Shown here: piece after piece, positions 9,177-18,483 of the stretch
Layout: every line of letters starts with the position of its first letter
Numbering within the stretch: position 1 is the stretch's first letter
From: a virus
Taxonomy: Duplodnaviria > Caudoviricetes
Reading direction: 5' to 3' (one strand)
Length of the DNA: 37,864 nt
IMG/VR virus record: IMGVR_UViG_3300017700_000558
Span: 1 to 37,864 of that record
Program-made: the position numbers and the translations under genes
The notes under the pieces: generated by a model
The model's database searches: none
What the model was told of the DNA's origin: nothing
Seen by the model: the letters and a program-made list of their open reading frames with translations, nothing else

Positions 9177-9728
9177 ATGACTAACACTGCTTCGAATGTG
9201 GTTGTTGGGAAGCCGAAGGCGACCGGTGGCGTGTATGCCGGCGCGACCACGGCAACTCTTCCCACGACTTCCAACACGGCTCTCGACGCTTCCCTTTCTG
9301 CTCTCGGTTATCTTGACGAGGCTGGGGTGACGATGACTCGTGGGGGTGACACTAACCCTCTGCGTGCGTGGGGTGGCGACGAAATCCGTGTCATCAAGAC
9401 GACGGATGATCTGTCGTTCGCTTTCAACTTCCTTGAGACTTCTCCGGCTGTGCTGCGCGAAGTCTTCGGCACAGACAATGTGGTTGTTTCGGGTACCGGT
9501 TACAAGGTGTCGGTGAACTCGACGCAACTTGATTACCGTGCCTACGTTTTCGAGATCCTCGATGGTGAGACGGCGTACCGGGTGGTTGTCCCGAACTGCC
9601 AGGTCACTGCACAGTCGGACATTGTTTTCACTGATGGTGAGCCTGTCGCGTATGGGGTGACGCTGTCGGCGTTCCCTGACACTTCGGGTAACAAGGCGTA
9701 CATCTACACGACGAAGTTCTTCTCCTAA
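9177..9728 (+). CDS. Major tail (tube) protein
   Basis: V.VGKP...GG, LGYL.E.GVT, AWGGD, FLETS and YGVTL.AFPD..GN motifs. Confidence 0.9.
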   Translation: MTNTASNVVVGKPKATGGVYAGATTATLPTTSNTALDASLSALGYLDEAGVTMTRGGDTNPLRAWGGDEIRVIKTTDDLSFAFNFLETSPAVLREVFGTDNVVVSGTGYKVSVNSTQLDYRAYVFEILDGETAYRVVVPNCQVTAQSDIVFTDGEPVAYGVTLSAFPDTSGNKAYIYTTKFFS

Positions 9729-9731
9729 ACC

Positions 9732-9781
9732 CTCGCGGGGTTGGTTCCTCAGCCGACCGGCCAGCCCCGCGAGTTTTCTTT
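9732..9781 (+). terminator. Intrinsic terminator-like hairpin after the major tail gene
   Basis: About 15-bp stem (9732-9746 with 9759-9773, including G-U pairs) followed by TTTTCTTT. Confidence 0.65.
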
Positions 9782-9805
9782 GGTCGGCTATGTGAAAGGT
9801 CAGCT

Positions 9806-10102
9806 ATGTATTCCGTTCCTGAGTCGAAGCGTTCTTTGAACCAGAACCAATTCGAGTTCACCACTGATGGATCCAATAAGTTCTCTATTCCGAAGGTGCA
9901 GTATTTGTCTCTCGAGTTCATTGAGAAGGCAGATAGCCGTAAGAACGGTGTGCAGATTGTCGATATTTGTGCGGAGCTCGAAGATGCTGCGGCTGTGACG
10001 GCGCTCAAAAAGTTGGATGGTGAGCAGCTTGGCGAGTTGACCGTTGCGTGGATGGAAGCGTCTGGTGCGTCAACGGGGGAATCCTCGGCCTCTACGGACT
10101 GA
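9806..10102 (+). CDS. Tail assembly chaperone (short form, gpG-like)
   Basis: Between major tail and tape measure genes. Ends W...SG.S.GESSAS with a slippery site. Confidence 0.85.
   Translation: MYSVPESKRSLNQNQFEFTTDGSNKFSIPKVQYLSLEFIEKADSRKNGVQIVDICAELEDAAAVTALKKLDGEQLGELTVAWMEASGASTGESSASTD
10075..10081 (+). other. -1 programmed frameshift site G GGG GAA
   Basis: In-frame ACG GGG GAA. A -1 slip enters the open frame ending at 10473. Confidence 0.85.
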
Positions 10103-10473
10103 TAGTTCAGTACCGGGAGGCCATCCGATACGACCTGTTCATGGCGGGTCGTTCTCTTGACGATATTGGGTTCACGTTTTCGTGGCTCGATTTTGGGGCG
10201 TTTGTTCGTTTCGCTCCCCTCGATTCGCAGTTGTGTGCGGCGGTGAATGGTGCTGCCCCGTGGTCGCGGCTCGAAGTTCTCATGGCCTCGCAGATTGATT
10301 CCACACGGGCAGGTAACTGGCAGCGTGGCGGCGGTAAAGGCCCGAAACCGAAACCGATAAAGGTTCCCGGTTACGACACCAACGAACAGGTCATCGGCAA
10401 ACCGTTGCCTATTGATGAAGTGCAGAACTATTTGAATTCCCGTAATGGGCGTTCCCCTGAACGGAGGCAATGA
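10081..10473 (+). CDS. Tail assembly chaperone C-terminal part (gpGT-like fusion 9806..10473 via -1 frameshift)
   Basis: AIRYDL...G.SLDD.G..FSW.D and NWQRGGGKGPKPKPI motifs. No convincing independent start. Confidence 0.8.
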   Translation: MLGLYGLIVQYREAIRYDLFMAGRSLDDIGFTFSWLDFGAFVRFAPLDSQLCAAVNGAAPWSRLEVLMASQIDSTRAGNWQRGGGKGPKPKPIKVPGYDTNEQVIGKPLPIDEVQNYLNSRNGRSPERRQ

Positions 10474-12005
10474 TGGCTGCTGAACTTGCCACCGCCTATT
10501 TCTCGCTACTGCCCTCGATGAAGGGCACAGCGGGGATTGTTCGTTCAGAGCTCGCTGGGGTAGATGTTCTGGCGGGTGCTGCTGGTGGGCGTGCTGGTGC
10601 TGCGCTCGGTGGTGGTGTTGTTGCGAGTTTCAGTAAGTTCATTCCTGTTATCGGTGGTCTGCTGCTTGGTGCCGGGATTATCGGTGGTGTCTCTGATCTG
10701 TTCTCGCAGTCGGTTGATTCTGCGTCTGCGTTGAATGAGTCCGCGAATGCAGTGAAGGTCACGTTTGGTGATGCTGCTGGGGAGATCACCAAACTGGGTG
10801 ATACGGCGGCGAACCGGTTGGGTTTGTCTAAGAACCAGTTCAACCAGCTTGCAACCCAGTTCTCATCGTTTGCGACAACTGTTGCGGGTGATGGTGGTGA
10901 TGTTGTCAAAACGTTGGACGAGTTGACAACTCGGGGCGCTGACTTCGCTTCTGTCTACAACCTTGATGTCAATGATGCGTTGTCGTTGTTCCAGTCGGGT
11001 TTGGCTGGTGAGACGGAACCCCTCCGCAAGTTCGGCATTGATCTGTCTGCCGCATCGGTGGAGGCATACGCTTACGCGAACGGTATCGGCACTGTTGGTA
11101 CGGAGCTGACGGAGGCGCAGAAAGTTCAGGCCCGGTACGGGTCGTTGCTTGAGCAGACCAATAAGGTACAGGGCGATTTCTCTAACACCTCGGATCAGTT
11201 GGCGAACTCGCAACGTATTTTGCAGGCACGGTTTGAGGATGCTCGAGCCGAACTTGGTACGGCGTTGTTGCCGGCTGTGACGAAACTTACTGAGGTGATG
11301 CTTGATAAGGGTGTCCCTGTTTTCGAGAAACTTATTGACCTGTTCATCAAACTTGAACCCGCGATCACGGCGACTGTTGTTGCGGTTGCGGACATCATTG
11401 GGTTTTTCGCGGATCTGTTTCTGGCGAGTGTTACTTTGTGGGACTCGTTGGGCGATGGTAAGGATGCGCTTGGGGATGTCGCAACTTATCTGGGGTTGCT
11501 ACCTGCCCCGTTGCAGGGTGCGTTCATCGGGTTCTATAACTTTGTGGTCGGGTTGGCGAACACCGCGATTGATGCGGCGAATGGGATCGGGACGGCGTTC
11601 ACGAATGCTGTGAACTCTGTCTCCGCGCTGACGGGTGTGACAGCGAAGTTCAACAAGATTGCGCGCCTCGGAGTTCTCGGGCTCACTACCCGCACAAACA
11701 CCCAAGTTCTCACCACCGGCAACAACACCAACTATGGGTATGCGACCGGTGGGTACTTCATGGCGACCCCAGGCGGGCGAGACATCACCGTGGCCGAAGG
11801 GCGATACAACGAAGCCGTACTCCCCCTGCGACCGGATGTGCTGGGTGAGATCGGTGACCGCATTGCAGCAACGATGACCGGTGGCGGCAACGTGCGCATA
11901 TTCAATGACACAGGGCTAAACAGTTTGAAGGGTCTTATCCGTGTTGAGGTCGAGCGCAATAATTTGTGGCAGTCAGTCGATTTGGATGGGGGTCTAGTCG
12001 GATGA
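10470..12005 (+). CDS. Tape measure protein (short, 511 aa)
   Basis: ELATAY..L.PS N-terminus, GETEPLRKFGI motif, Ala/Gly-rich body, YATGG...VAEG..NEAVLPL C-terminus. Confidence 0.9.
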   Translation: MMAAELATAYFSLLPSMKGTAGIVRSELAGVDVLAGAAGGRAGAALGGGVVASFSKFIPVIGGLLLGAGIIGGVSDLFSQSVDSASALNESANAVKVTFGDAAGEITKLGDTAANRLGLSKNQFNQLATQFSSFATTVAGDGGDVVKTLDELTTRGADFASVYNLDVNDALSLFQSGLAGETEPLRKFGIDLSAASVEAYAYANGIGTVGTELTEAQKVQARYGSLLEQTNKVQGDFSNTSDQLANSQRILQARFEDARAELGTALLPAVTKLTEVMLDKGVPVFEKLIDLFIKLEPAITATVVAVADIIGFFADLFLASVTLWDSLGDGKDALGDVATYLGLLPAPLQGAFIGFYNFVVGLANTAIDAANGIGTAFTNAVNSVSALTGVTAKFNKIARLGVLGLTTRTNTQVLTTGNNTNYGYATGGYFMATPGGRDITVAEGRYNEAVLPLRPDVLGEIGDRIAATMTGGGNVRIFNDTGLNSLKGLIRVEVERNNLWQSVDLDGGLVG

Positions 12006-14158
12006 CAATTTCTGTAACCTCTGACATTGCTTTCATCCCACCCCGCAATGAGATCGATATCTCTGTCGGTACCGGAAACGTGATGGATACCGTTTCTGTG
12101 TGGAGAACTCTTTCAGGGCAACGAACCCTTTTGCGTTCCCAACCGGTAGCCGGGTTCGAATCCCGCACCGCATACGATTACGAATGCCCGTATGGGGTGC
12201 CTGTGACGTATGGGTGGTCTGCTGAATATTTTGACGACTCTTCGGTATCCGAAGTGTGGTCAGAAACGTGGGCTTCCCTTGCCGCGTGGACAACTTCGGG
12301 CGCTTCATGGTCTGTGAGTGGCGGGAAGCTAGTTTGGACGGCTGGCGACTCGCTGACAGCCTCTGTGACCCGTGCTGTGACATCTGGACGCTACCGGACG
12401 ACGTTCGCCGCTGTACCCACTGGTGTTGCGACAATTTCTTTTGGTGGTTTCTACATTGATGTGGCAAACTCCCGCATCATCGCGGGATCCCAGTCTGCAA
12501 CTTTCGTCCCCGGTACAACAACGTGGGTTGTCGATGTCACCCCAACATCGGTTCTGATTACAACTTCGGCGGGAGCTTACTCTCTGAATGCGGTTGTTGT
12601 GGTGACTCAGGTACAGATCGTTGGCCCATCGCAGCAGCTTGTTTGGGAGCTGAGTTGGACGTTGCCGAGCACCGGAACCTATGGGGTTGCGGGGATGGCA
12701 GTCGATACTGCGGGTTACGTGTATTTGACGAACCGTGACACTCATGCTGTTGATAAGTACACGGCAGCGGGCGTTTTTGTTGTGTCGTTCGGTTCCGTTG
12801 GTTCCGGTAACGGCCAGTTCAACTATCCCGCAGGCATCGCCTTCGACTCTTCGAACAACATGTATGTGGCAGACGCGAGCAACAACCGTGTACAAAAGTT
12901 CACCCCGCCCGGTTCGCCGTCAGACCCCCACGTATATACAACAAAGTGGGGTACTGCCGGTTCTGGTGATGGGCAGTTCAGTAACCCTTGGGGTGTTGCT
13001 GTCGACCCTTCCGGAAACATCTACGTCACCGACCAGAGCAACAGCCGAGTACAGAAGTTCACAAACACCGGAACATTCACAAGCAAGTTCGGTACTGCCG
13101 GTTCTGGTGATGGGCAGTTCAACAACCCTAAAGGCATCTGCATCGATTCTTCGGGAACCATTTACGTTGTTGAGTCGAGCGGCAACCGTGTACAAAAATT
13201 CGATTCAAGTCATACCTTTGTAACCAAGTGGGGGTCCGTTGGGAGTGGGTCGGGAGAATTCTCTGGCCCGTGGTGGGTAGTTTTTGATTCTGCCGGCAAC
13301 ATTGTTGTTCAAGATGTGCAGAACCATCGCATCCAAACGTTCAGCACGACCGGGACGTTCCTCCGTTCTCTTGGGACGCGGGGCACAGGTGATAGCCAGT
13401 TCAACTACCCAGCAGGTATCGCCTTCGACTCTGCCGGCGACCTCTTTGTTGCTGACAGCCCGACAACGGGATCATTGGGGCCAACAACACCTCACCGTGT
13501 CCAGAAGTTCGAAAACTTTTCAACATCTGTGGATGACATCACTGTCGCTTCTTATGGGGCGTTGACGACCGTCAGCGAAGAATCCGATTCGGTAACTTTG
13601 ACCCCTGATGATGGTTGGTTGATTCACCCAGCTACCCCCGGGCTTTCGTTCGCCGTTCACGCGAACATGATCCCTGACGGAGATTTGCAAGCTGGCTTGT
13701 ATGAGATCGGAGGGATTTCGAATCCTTCCAATGCAACTATCCACAAAATTTTGGGTTCAGCAACACCGGTCACAACAACTAACGGTAACCGGGCCTCTGA
13801 TGTCGGGACGCTGACTATTCAGACGATGACTAACCTCGAAGAGCTCGCTTTGAAAGCGTTGCTCCTTGACGAGACACCGATACTGATCAATTTCCCGCCT
13901 GCAATGGGGACAGATTTCTTGTATGCCTTTTACCAAGTTGGAGATACAACGCGCACCCGTTTTGTTCAGGGTTCGGGGCTTCCCTACAGGCAGTATGCGC
14001 TCCCGCTAACTGAGGTTCAGTCGCCCATCGTCACACAGCAGAACACGGGTTGGTCGTATGCGACTCTCGCTATTGCATACACCAGCTACGCAGCGATGTT
14101 TCTTGCCTATGAAAGTTACGCCGATGTCGCTACTGATAATCGTCGTGAAGGTTTCTAA
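12002..14158 (+). CDS. Distal tail/minor tail protein with inserted six-blade NHL beta-propeller
   Basis: First gene after TMP (ATGA overlap). N-terminal DYECPYGVPVTY, C-terminal WLIHPATPGLS...SYA, and six F..P.GI..D..GN.YV.D..N.RVQKF repeats in between. Confidence 0.85.
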   Translation: MTISVTSDIAFIPPRNEIDISVGTGNVMDTVSVWRTLSGQRTLLRSQPVAGFESRTAYDYECPYGVPVTYGWSAEYFDDSSVSEVWSETWASLAAWTTSGASWSVSGGKLVWTAGDSLTASVTRAVTSGRYRTTFAAVPTGVATISFGGFYIDVANSRIIAGSQSATFVPGTTTWVVDVTPTSVLITTSAGAYSLNAVVVVTQVQIVGPSQQLVWELSWTLPSTGTYGVAGMAVDTAGYVYLTNRDTHAVDKYTAAGVFVVSFGSVGSGNGQFNYPAGIAFDSSNNMYVADASNNRVQKFTPPGSPSDPHVYTTKWGTAGSGDGQFSNPWGVAVDPSGNIYVTDQSNSRVQKFTNTGTFTSKFGTAGSGDGQFNNPKGICIDSSGTIYVVESSGNRVQKFDSSHTFVTKWGSVGSGSGEFSGPWWVVFDSAGNIVVQDVQNHRIQTFSTTGTFLRSLGTRGTGDSQFNYPAGIAFDSAGDLFVADSPTTGSLGPTTPHRVQKFENFSTSVDDITVASYGALTTVSEESDSVTLTPDDGWLIHPATPGLSFAVHANMIPDGDLQAGLYEIGGISNPSNATIHKILGSATPVTTTNGNRASDVGTLTIQTMTNLEELALKALLLDETPILINFPPAMGTDFLYAFYQVGDTTRTRFVQGSGLPYRQYALPLTEVQSPIVTQQNTGWSYATLAIAYTSYAAMFLAYESYADVATDNRREGF
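12680..13512 (+). repeat. NHL repeat array with near-identical DNA repeats
   Basis: 31-nt exact repeat at 12950-12980 and 13091-13121. 35/38-nt repeat at 12813-12850 and 13395-13432. Confidence 0.85.
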
Positions 14159-15246
14159 TGTGGAACGTATCTGACCGGTTCCTAGAATCCCTTGGGAACC
14201 CTCACCGGATCAAGACTGTTGCTACAGTCACACCCCCTGGGGGCGAATCAACAACGTTGTCATTGAAAGCCGGGCGGATCACGGCTGATGCGTCAGCACG
14301 TATCCGCCGCAAGGGGAGCCTTGAGGTTGTTGGGGACTCCACCGTTTTTGATCTTTTGACGACTGATGGGGCGCAGGTTGTTGTAACTCATGGGGTTTCT
14401 TTTGGTGCTGATTCTGAGTTGGTGCCTGTGTTCTGTGGGGAGATTGTGGATGGGTCGCAGCAGTTGGGTGATGGGTCTATGTCTTTCAACATTGTTGACG
14501 ACATGCAATGGATTGGTCGGGCAAATTATTTGACACCGTATTCTCCGACCATCACGTTGACTCGGCAGGAAGTTATTGCTGCAACGGTAATTGCTGGTAA
14601 GCCGGGCACAAGCGTTTCGGAGACTGCTACCGATACGAGTCTTGTGGGCACTGCGGTGTGGTCTGAATCGCGTTCTGATGCAATAAATGATCTTGCTACC
14701 GCAGGGAACATGGATGCCTTTTTTCTTCCTGATGGTTCGTTTTTGATTCGCGACAAAATCACTTTGACGAGCCCTGCGGTGTGGACGGTGAGGGCTGGTT
14801 CTGGTGGCGTTCTGTCGTCGGCGTCGAGAGCGCGTCCAAAGGACAGGCTGACGAACACTGTTATCGTTCGCCCATCTTCGGGGGATGGGTCGCAAACATG
14901 GGCACCACAGACCGCACAAATCAGTGATACTTCTTCGCCCCGCCACCCATCAAAGATTGGTGTGGTTCCTCATTTCTTTTCATCTCCCACGATCACGACT
15001 GCGGATGCTGCCTTGTCAGTGGCTACGAGGATGCTCGACAGGTTCCAAGGGTCTACTGAGGCGTTGGATCTGGGGTTGGTTTCTAACCCGGCGCTCGATG
15101 TCGGGGATGTTGTGCGTGTAATTACCCCGCAAATAAATGAGCAACCAGCTCTCACATTTCAACATTTCATCGACACGCTGACGTTGGACCTTGTTACCGG
15201 GTCAATGAATTTGACGACAAGATCGCAGGTTGCAACTAATGGATAA
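14158..15246 (+). CDS. Minor tail protein (baseplate hub-like)
   Basis: MW.VSDRFL..L N-terminus, G.VP.F.SSP and NPALDVGDVV motifs. Second gene after TMP. Confidence 0.75.
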   Translation: MWNVSDRFLESLGNPHRIKTVATVTPPGGESTTLSLKAGRITADASARIRRKGSLEVVGDSTVFDLLTTDGAQVVVTHGVSFGADSELVPVFCGEIVDGSQQLGDGSMSFNIVDDMQWIGRANYLTPYSPTITLTRQEVIAATVIAGKPGTSVSETATDTSLVGTAVWSESRSDAINDLATAGNMDAFFLPDGSFLIRDKITLTSPAVWTVRAGSGGVLSSASRARPKDRLTNTVIVRPSSGDGSQTWAPQTAQISDTSSPRHPSKIGVVPHFFSSPTITTADAALSVATRMLDRFQGSTEALDLGLVSNPALDVGDVVRVITPQINEQPALTFQHFIDTLTLDLVTGSMNLTTRSQVATNG

Positions 15247-15460
15247 CCTGACCCGCACTATTGCCGCCCGGTTCGCAAATGGTTCGTTGCAGGCGTGCAG
15301 GATCATGCAAGTGACTCCACTGTTGGTTTCTTTTGATGGTGGTAGCAGCTCTGTCCCTGGCGACAAGATCGCCGGTGGTACGTACACGGTTGGGAGTGTC
15401 GATAATGCTCGAGCTCTCATGGATTCCCCTAATAAGCCGCTTGTTTTTCCGATTGGATAG
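15239..15460 (+). CDS. Small minor tail protein (hypothetical)
   Basis: Fills the slot in the tail operon and overlaps the upstream stop. Confidence 0.55.
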   Translation: MDNLTRTIAARFANGSLQACRIMQVTPLLVSFDGGSSSVPGDKIAGGTYTVGSVDNARALMDSPNKPLVFPIG

Positions 15461-16264
15461 ATGATGACTACTGGTTCAGCTCAATACCCTTACCCCGGTT
15501 CGACGGCGGTCCCTGATGTGCCTGCCGATATTCTTTTGCTGACTCAGCGGTTGGCTTTGATGAATGGATCTGGTACTGGGTTTGTGGCTGATGCTACGGC
15601 GTTGGCTGCGACGATCACTGATGGTGATGCGTTCACTGGGTGGTCTGTTTATCATGCGGCTGCGGATTGTGTTGTTTCGTATAACGGGTCTGCGTTTAAG
15701 TTGGTGGGGACGAAGCGGTTTGCGGATGTTGCTGCGCAAACGTCGTGGACTACTACTTATTCGGGGTTGCTTGAGGCTGGGTCTTTGTCGTATGCGGTTG
15801 ATACGACGATCACGTACCGGTATAGCGGCTCTGCGTGGGTTGCATGGAATTCGCCGTGGTTCACCCGCACCCCAACACTCAACAACATCACTTTGGGTAC
15901 GGGTGGGACATCCTATTTTCGTGCCCGTTATGTTGAGGGTGACATTGAAGAAAAACTGAAAGTTGCTTTTGGTACTTCCGGAGCAGCATGGACAACTTCC
16001 CCAAACTGGACTTTGCTAGCAGCCCCCGATCCCCTCTCCTATGCCGCGATTTCGCAGGTGGGTCGTGGCAGTGCGTATGACGCATCGGCAACCATCGACT
16101 ATGACATCACCGCCAACTGGACGGGTTCCGGTTCGACCGTGAACCTGTATGTGCGTGGTACGGCAGCAACCTATCTAGCTCTTGGAATTATCACAGCCTC
16201 AGCACCTTTCACCCCGGCAACCAACGACACGGTTACTGTTCGACTTGCGTATACCCCCGCATGA
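15461..16264 (+). CDS. Minor tail / tail fibre-like protein
   Basis: YPYP....VPDVP.D N-terminus, YRYSGSAW motifs, Thr/Gly/Ala-rich beta C-terminal domain. Confidence 0.7.
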   Translation: MMTTGSAQYPYPGSTAVPDVPADILLLTQRLALMNGSGTGFVADATALAATITDGDAFTGWSVYHAAADCVVSYNGSAFKLVGTKRFADVAAQTSWTTTYSGLLEAGSLSYAVDTTITYRYSGSAWVAWNSPWFTRTPTLNNITLGTGGTSYFRARYVEGDIEEKLKVAFGTSGAAWTTSPNWTLLAAPDPLSYAAISQVGRGSAYDASATIDYDITANWTGSGSTVNLYVRGTAATYLALGIITASAPFTPATNDTVTVRLAYTPA

Positions 16265-17193
16265 TGAAACCGTATGCGCCTTCCCTTACCGCGTTGACTG
16301 CGGGTGGCGGCTCGGTGTCTGGTAGTTACCAGTTCACGAATGGTTTTGTTGAGGGCAGCATCGACATTGTTCTGGGTGCTTCCTGTTCGGTGGGTTTCGC
16401 GCCCGGTATTGGTTTGCCTGTCCCTGCGAGGACTCGTGCGACGTTGTTCCCGCCGACTGGTGGGCAGGTTGGTTCCGCATATGTCAGTGGTGGCGTGTAC
16501 CCGATCGCGTTGCTCCTAGACCCGTTGAACCCGTCTTTGGGCAGACCGTACCTGTTCGACACCACAACGTCCGCGTACCGGCTCATCCAAGGCAACACGA
16601 CCCCTGCACCGTGGGTTTCTGGCAACACGATCGGTTTGGACTTCCGTTACCCCGCCGCGAACCCCGAACCGTTGACCTTCGCAGCGTGTGGTGACTCGAT
16701 GACGGCATGGTATGCGGCACAGGAACCCTACGCGGCGAAGTCGTGGGTGTGGGGCATCAAATCGCATGTGTTTGCTGGTGGTACAGCTCACGGTTCGTGG
16801 ACAACCTCAAACATTCTCGCCGGGTGGGTGCCCGTCCCCTCAGATGTTCTGGTTATCAGTGCAGGAATCAACGACCCCTACTTCGGTGTACCACTGACAA
16901 CAACGCTGGCGAACCTCGAAGCCATCGCCGCTCTCTCCGGTGCCCCAAAGATTGTTCTCAACAAGATCAGCCCCTACAGTGCCACCCAACCCGGCATGAG
17001 CGCCGCCCTGATCGCCTCCATGAACGTCGCCTACGAAAACCTTGCCACCACTAACGGATGGACAATCTGCGACCCCTACGGGGCATACAGGAACGCTGTG
17101 GGTGGGTGGGTGGCCGGTGCATCCGCTGACGGTGTCCACCCAACCGCTGCCGTGCAAGCCGCCGCAGCCCTCGTCATACAGGCAGCACTATGA
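16261..17193 (+). CDS. Tail-fibre-like domain fused to SGNH/GDSL hydrolase
   Basis: SGNH blocks GDSMT, G, GIND and DGVHP in the C-terminal half. Confidence 0.8.
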   Translation: MMKPYAPSLTALTAGGGSVSGSYQFTNGFVEGSIDIVLGASCSVGFAPGIGLPVPARTRATLFPPTGGQVGSAYVSGGVYPIALLLDPLNPSLGRPYLFDTTTSAYRLIQGNTTPAPWVSGNTIGLDFRYPAANPEPLTFAACGDSMTAWYAAQEPYAAKSWVWGIKSHVFAGGTAHGSWTTSNILAGWVPVPSDVLVISAGINDPYFGVPLTTTLANLEAIAALSGAPKIVLNKISPYSATQPGMSAALIASMNVAYENLATTNGWTICDPYGAYRNAVGGWVAGASADGVHPTAAVQAAAALVIQAAL

Positions 17194-17870
17194 AAAACCC
17201 CTCAAACAAGACACAGCCGACTCGCGGATTTGGCAAGCAACCCAATGGGTCGTTCCATTACGGCACTGATTGGGGTTGGGGTTCTGGGCGACAGGTGTAT
17301 GCGATGCTCCCCGGGCAAGTGGTGTCCACGCAGACACTCCCTGATTACGGCATCACAGTGCGGGTCAACCACGGCCACGATGCCAACGGTGACGCAATCG
17401 AAACCCGGTACTGCCACCTATCCGCCCAGACCGTCAAATACGGGGATTGGGTAGCCGAGGGGCGACAGGTCGGTGTGATGGGTTCCACTGGTTCACTGAC
17501 CAAGCAGGTGCATTTGCATTCCGAACTCTGGTTCAACGGCACCCGCATTGACGAACGCACCTACACCCCCCCTGCCCCACCGAAACGAAAGACGACGCTC
17601 ATGCGACTCATCACCGACACCAGCGGAGCCAAATGGCTCGAGACAGAGAACGGCAGCGAGAAGATCGCACCATTCACCGCCGACGCATGCTACCGGGTCA
17701 TCTACGACGCAGACGGTGCAGGCATCGACCCGGCAGACATTGCCATCCGCGACAGCGTTATTGCGTTGATCAATGCGCGCGCCAACAAGACCCCACCAAC
17801 CGCCACCATCGACTATGCGGCACTCGCTAAAGCCGTCAACGACGACGCAGCACGACGGCTCGCAAGCTGA
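17190..17870 (+). CDS. Endolysin, M23 peptidase
   Basis: HYGTD, YG..V...H, TRYCHL and HLH Zn motifs. Precedes two membrane genes. Confidence 0.88.
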   Translation: MKNPSNKTQPTRGFGKQPNGSFHYGTDWGWGSGRQVYAMLPGQVVSTQTLPDYGITVRVNHGHDANGDAIETRYCHLSAQTVKYGDWVAEGRQVGVMGSTGSLTKQVHLHSELWFNGTRIDERTYTPPAPPKRKTTLMRLITDTSGAKWLETENGSEKIAPFTADACYRVIYDADGAGIDPADIAIRDSVIALINARANKTPPTATIDYAALAKAVNDDAARRLAS

Positions 17871-18193
17871 TGGACTGGGTCGAATTCTGGGAATCAGTCA
17901 ACGTTCTACAACTCGCCGGCTGGATCCTCGGCATCCTAGGGATCATCGCATTTCTGGTGAAAGGGTGGCCGAAGATCCGGGCCCTTGTGCAGCTCGTGGA
18001 TGCGTTGTCCGTACTTCCTGCATTCATGGCAACCACCACAGCCACTCTGGAATCGCAAGACGAAAAGATTGCCGAGATCCATCATGAGGTCAACTACAAC
18101 AACGGCTCATCGGTGAAAGATGCGATCAAACGCATCGAAGTCGCTTTGGACATAACACCACCCCGCAAACGCGCCCCCAAGAAACCCCTCTAA
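17870..18193 (+). CDS. Lysis-cassette membrane protein
   Basis: One N-terminal TM helix, and the HEV..N.GSS.KDA..RIE motif common in actinophage lysis cassettes. Confidence 0.7.
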   Translation: MDWVEFWESVNVLQLAGWILGILGIIAFLVKGWPKIRALVQLVDALSVLPAFMATTTATLESQDEKIAEIHHEVNYNNGSSVKDAIKRIEVALDITPPRKRAPKKPL

Positions 18194-18207
18194 CGAAAGG
18201 CACCACC

Positions 18208-18471
18208 ATGATTGACAAAATCAAACAGTACGCAAAGTTCGTTGCCGCCATCATCGGTGCAGTAGCAGTCTCATTCGCCGGCCTACTCCCCGCTGAGTGG
18301 GCTCCCTGGATTCAGGCCGTCATCGCTCTACTCACCGCGATCAGTGTCCTCGCTGTCCCGAACGCCCTCACGAGTTCGCAGGATCTTGCGTTGGCTCTCC
18401 GCACACCTTCTGAGGTGAACGCGGACGCTCAGGCGGCGCTAGCTCGGGCAGGATATCCGCCAGTCGTGTAA
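18208..18471 (+). CDS. Holin
   Basis: Two TM helices, YAK.VAA.IG...ALLTA..V.AVPN pattern, GAAAGG RBS. Confidence 0.75.
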   Translation: MIDKIKQYAKFVAAIIGAVAVSFAGLLPAEWAPWIQAVIALLTAISVLAVPNALTSSQDLALALRTPSEVNADAQAALARAGYPPVV

Positions 18472-18483
18472 CAACTTTCATCG

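Noticed and set aside
12813-13432. Near-identical repeats as a diversity-generating retroelement TR/VR pair
   Set aside because: No reverse transcriptase in the genome. The differences are synonymous and not adenine-specific, and both copies are in-frame NHL blades.
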